Shown here: positions 62,877-64,000 of the stretch, one piece after another
Layout of the letters: each line of letters begins with the position of its first letter
Numbering within the stretch: the stretch's first letter is position 1
Origin: Candidatus Micrarchaeota archaeon
Lineage (GTDB): Archaea; Micrarchaeota; Micrarchaeia; Micrarchaeales; CABMGC01
Assembly: GCA_021818925.1 (NCBI GenBank)
Contig: JAKASU010000003.1
Location: forward strand, 2,806-66,805
Length of the DNA: 64,000 bases
Direction: 5' to 3'
Program-made: the position numbers and the translations under genes
Notes under the pieces: model-generated
Told to the model about the DNA's origin: nothing
What the model saw: only the letters and a program-made list of their open reading frames with translations
Database searches by the model: none

Positions 62877-63206
62877 ATGGTCACCATCGATGAATTCAAG
62901 AACATAGACATTCGCGTTGGAAAGATACTAGAGGCGAGCGTTCACGAGAAGGCGCGCAACCCGATGTACGTTCTCAGGATAGACTTCGGAGGCGAGATAG
63001 GCGAACGGACGATAGTCGCGGGGATAAGGGACAGGTACACAAAGGAGGAGCTCGAGGGCAGGAAGATCGCGTGCGTTGTCAACCTTGAGCCGAAGAGCGT
63101 GGCCGGCGTGGTGTCGAACGGGATGATACTCGCGGCCGAGAGCGGCGAGACGCTTTCGCTGCTTGTGCCCGACCGCGACATAGAGCAGGGAAGCAGAGTG
63201 CACTGA
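62877..63206 (+). CDS. free-standing tRNA-binding domain protein (Trbp111/CsaA, homologue of the MetRS C-terminal domain)
   Basis: IDIRVGKILEASVHEKARNPMYVLRIDFG...IVAGIRDRYTKEELEGRKIACVVNLEPKSVAGVVSNGMILAAE. Confidence 0.85.
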   Translation: MVTIDEFKNIDIRVGKILEASVHEKARNPMYVLRIDFGGEIGERTIVAGIRDRYTKEELEGRKIACVVNLEPKSVAGVVSNGMILAAESGETLSLLVPDRDIEQGSRVH

Positions 63207-63749
63207 ATGATAATCTGCATAACAGGGCTACCGGGTGCCGGAAAGAGCACTGCTGGCATGATCCTTAAGGGGATGGGCTACAGGGTATACGAGCTTGGCG
63301 ACATAGTCAGGCAGATGATGGGGGAGCGCGGGATAAAGATAACTGCCGAATCGGACCGCGAGTTCACAGTGAGGCTCAGAAAAGAGCATGGCGCCTTGGT
63401 CACCGTCAAGCGCCTCCTGAAGAAGGTTAGGCTGGGAAGCAAAAGCAATATTGCAATCGTGGGCGTAAGGAGCAAGGCTGAGCTGGATTACATAAGGAAG
63501 CGGGCTGACACGGTCACCATCGCAGTCGTAGCGCCTGTAAGGCTCAGGTTCGAGCGTACAAAGAGGCGCGGGAGGGCTGACGCGCCAAAAACGCTCGCTG
63601 AGTTTGTGCGCGACAGGGACGCGAAGGAGGCGAGATGGGGCCAGCTGGCCGCGATAAAGAGCGCGGACTATATAATATCGGGAGCTGGAAACATAGCGGG
63701 CCTGAAAAAAGCAATCCACTCTGTGCTTGAAAACGAAGGTGCAAAATGA
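63207..63749 (+). CDS. UPF0200-family P-loop nucleotide kinase-like protein
   Basis: ITGLPGAGKST, GDIVRQMM, GVRS..E, RFERTKRRGRADAP and RDRDAKE are colinear with archaeal UPF0200 proteins. Confidence 0.7.
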   Translation: MIICITGLPGAGKSTAGMILKGMGYRVYELGDIVRQMMGERGIKITAESDREFTVRLRKEHGALVTVKRLLKKVRLGSKSNIAIVGVRSKAELDYIRKRADTVTIAVVAPVRLRFERTKRRGRADAPKTLAEFVRDRDAKEARWGQLAAIKSADYIISGAGNIAGLKKAIHSVLENEGAK

Positions 63750-64000
63750 GGAAATGCATAGTCGGAGGATGCGTGGTCGTGCATAATGGCAGAGTCCTGC
63801 TGCTAAAGCACAAGAAACTTGGCGTCTGGCTCTACCCTGGCGGGCACATGGAGCCGAACGAAACTCCGTTAGATACCGCTTTGAGGGAAACGGAAGAGGA
63901 AACGGGCATGAAGGTGAGACTCGTAGATACTTCAGGAAGAAAGAGAATAACAGACAAGGTTGCAAGCGAGCCACCGCAGCCCATAGCCATGATGCTCGAG
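63746..64000 (+). CDS. NUDIX hydrolase (5' part; runs off the right edge)
   Basis: ATGA overlap with the upstream stop. Hand-translated MRKCIVGGCVVVHNGRVLLLKHKKLGVWLYPGGHMEPNETPLDTALRETEEETG contains a Nudix box. Confidence 0.8.
   Translation, partial: MRKCIVGGCVVVHNGRVLLLKHKKLGVWLYPGGHMEPNETPLDTALRETEEETGMKVRLVDTSGRKRITDKVASEPPQPIAMMLE

Noticed and set aside
1-64000. A search by eye for CRISPR arrays, IS elements, transposases, integrases and rRNA genes.
   Set aside because: No regularly spaced direct repeats, no recombinase or transposase motifs and no rRNA-like sequence were noticed. The only Cas-like gene (49800) is a solo Cas4-type nuclease.

Overview
This window is a gene-dense archaeal chromosome segment of about 90 genes, mostly short-spaced or overlapping, with many GTG/TTG starts. 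It is dominated by information-processing genes. These include the proteasome/exosome superoperon (psmA-SBDS-rrp4-rrp41-rrp42-L37Ae-rpoP) and five aminoacyl-tRNA synthetases (His, Asp, Ala, Met). Also present are PolD (DP2+DP1), a thermosome, the adkA-DUF106-L34e-cmk-L14e cluster, secY, and aIF1A/aIF2beta. KEOPS/t6A genes (cgi121, sua5) and an rpoD-L13-S9-rpoN-S2 cluster are here too. RNA genes are an SRP (7S) RNA and four tRNAs. One tRNA has a canonical anticodon-loop intron and one has a 21-nt insertion in the T-loop. No rRNA, CRISPR array, transposase or integrase was seen. The lineage cannot be decided from the sequence; the compact layout and non-canonical tRNA intron resemble small-genome (DPANN-like) archaea. 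The less ordinary parts are listed below. (1) A 16-nt duplication of the tRNA-Ser 3' end brackets a 0.6-kb AT-rich islet, followed by two orphan genes. (2) A DUF929 thioredoxin-like protein is translationally abutted to a CSC-motif membrane protein, then a V4R protein, then secY. (3) A Tad-like type IV pilus operon has split TadB/TadC-like genes and tandem pilins. (4) A 157-aa protein coupled to rps8e ends in a ribosomal P-stalk-like GLGFIFG tail. (5) Two genes (metG and a SAM methyltransferase) encode conserved N-terminal segments upstream of any ATG/GTG/TTG, in the same GGTGTTTA-stop context. (6) The T-loop-interrupted tRNA has an apparent AGG anticodon. All functional calls come from motif and family recognition by eye; no searches were run.
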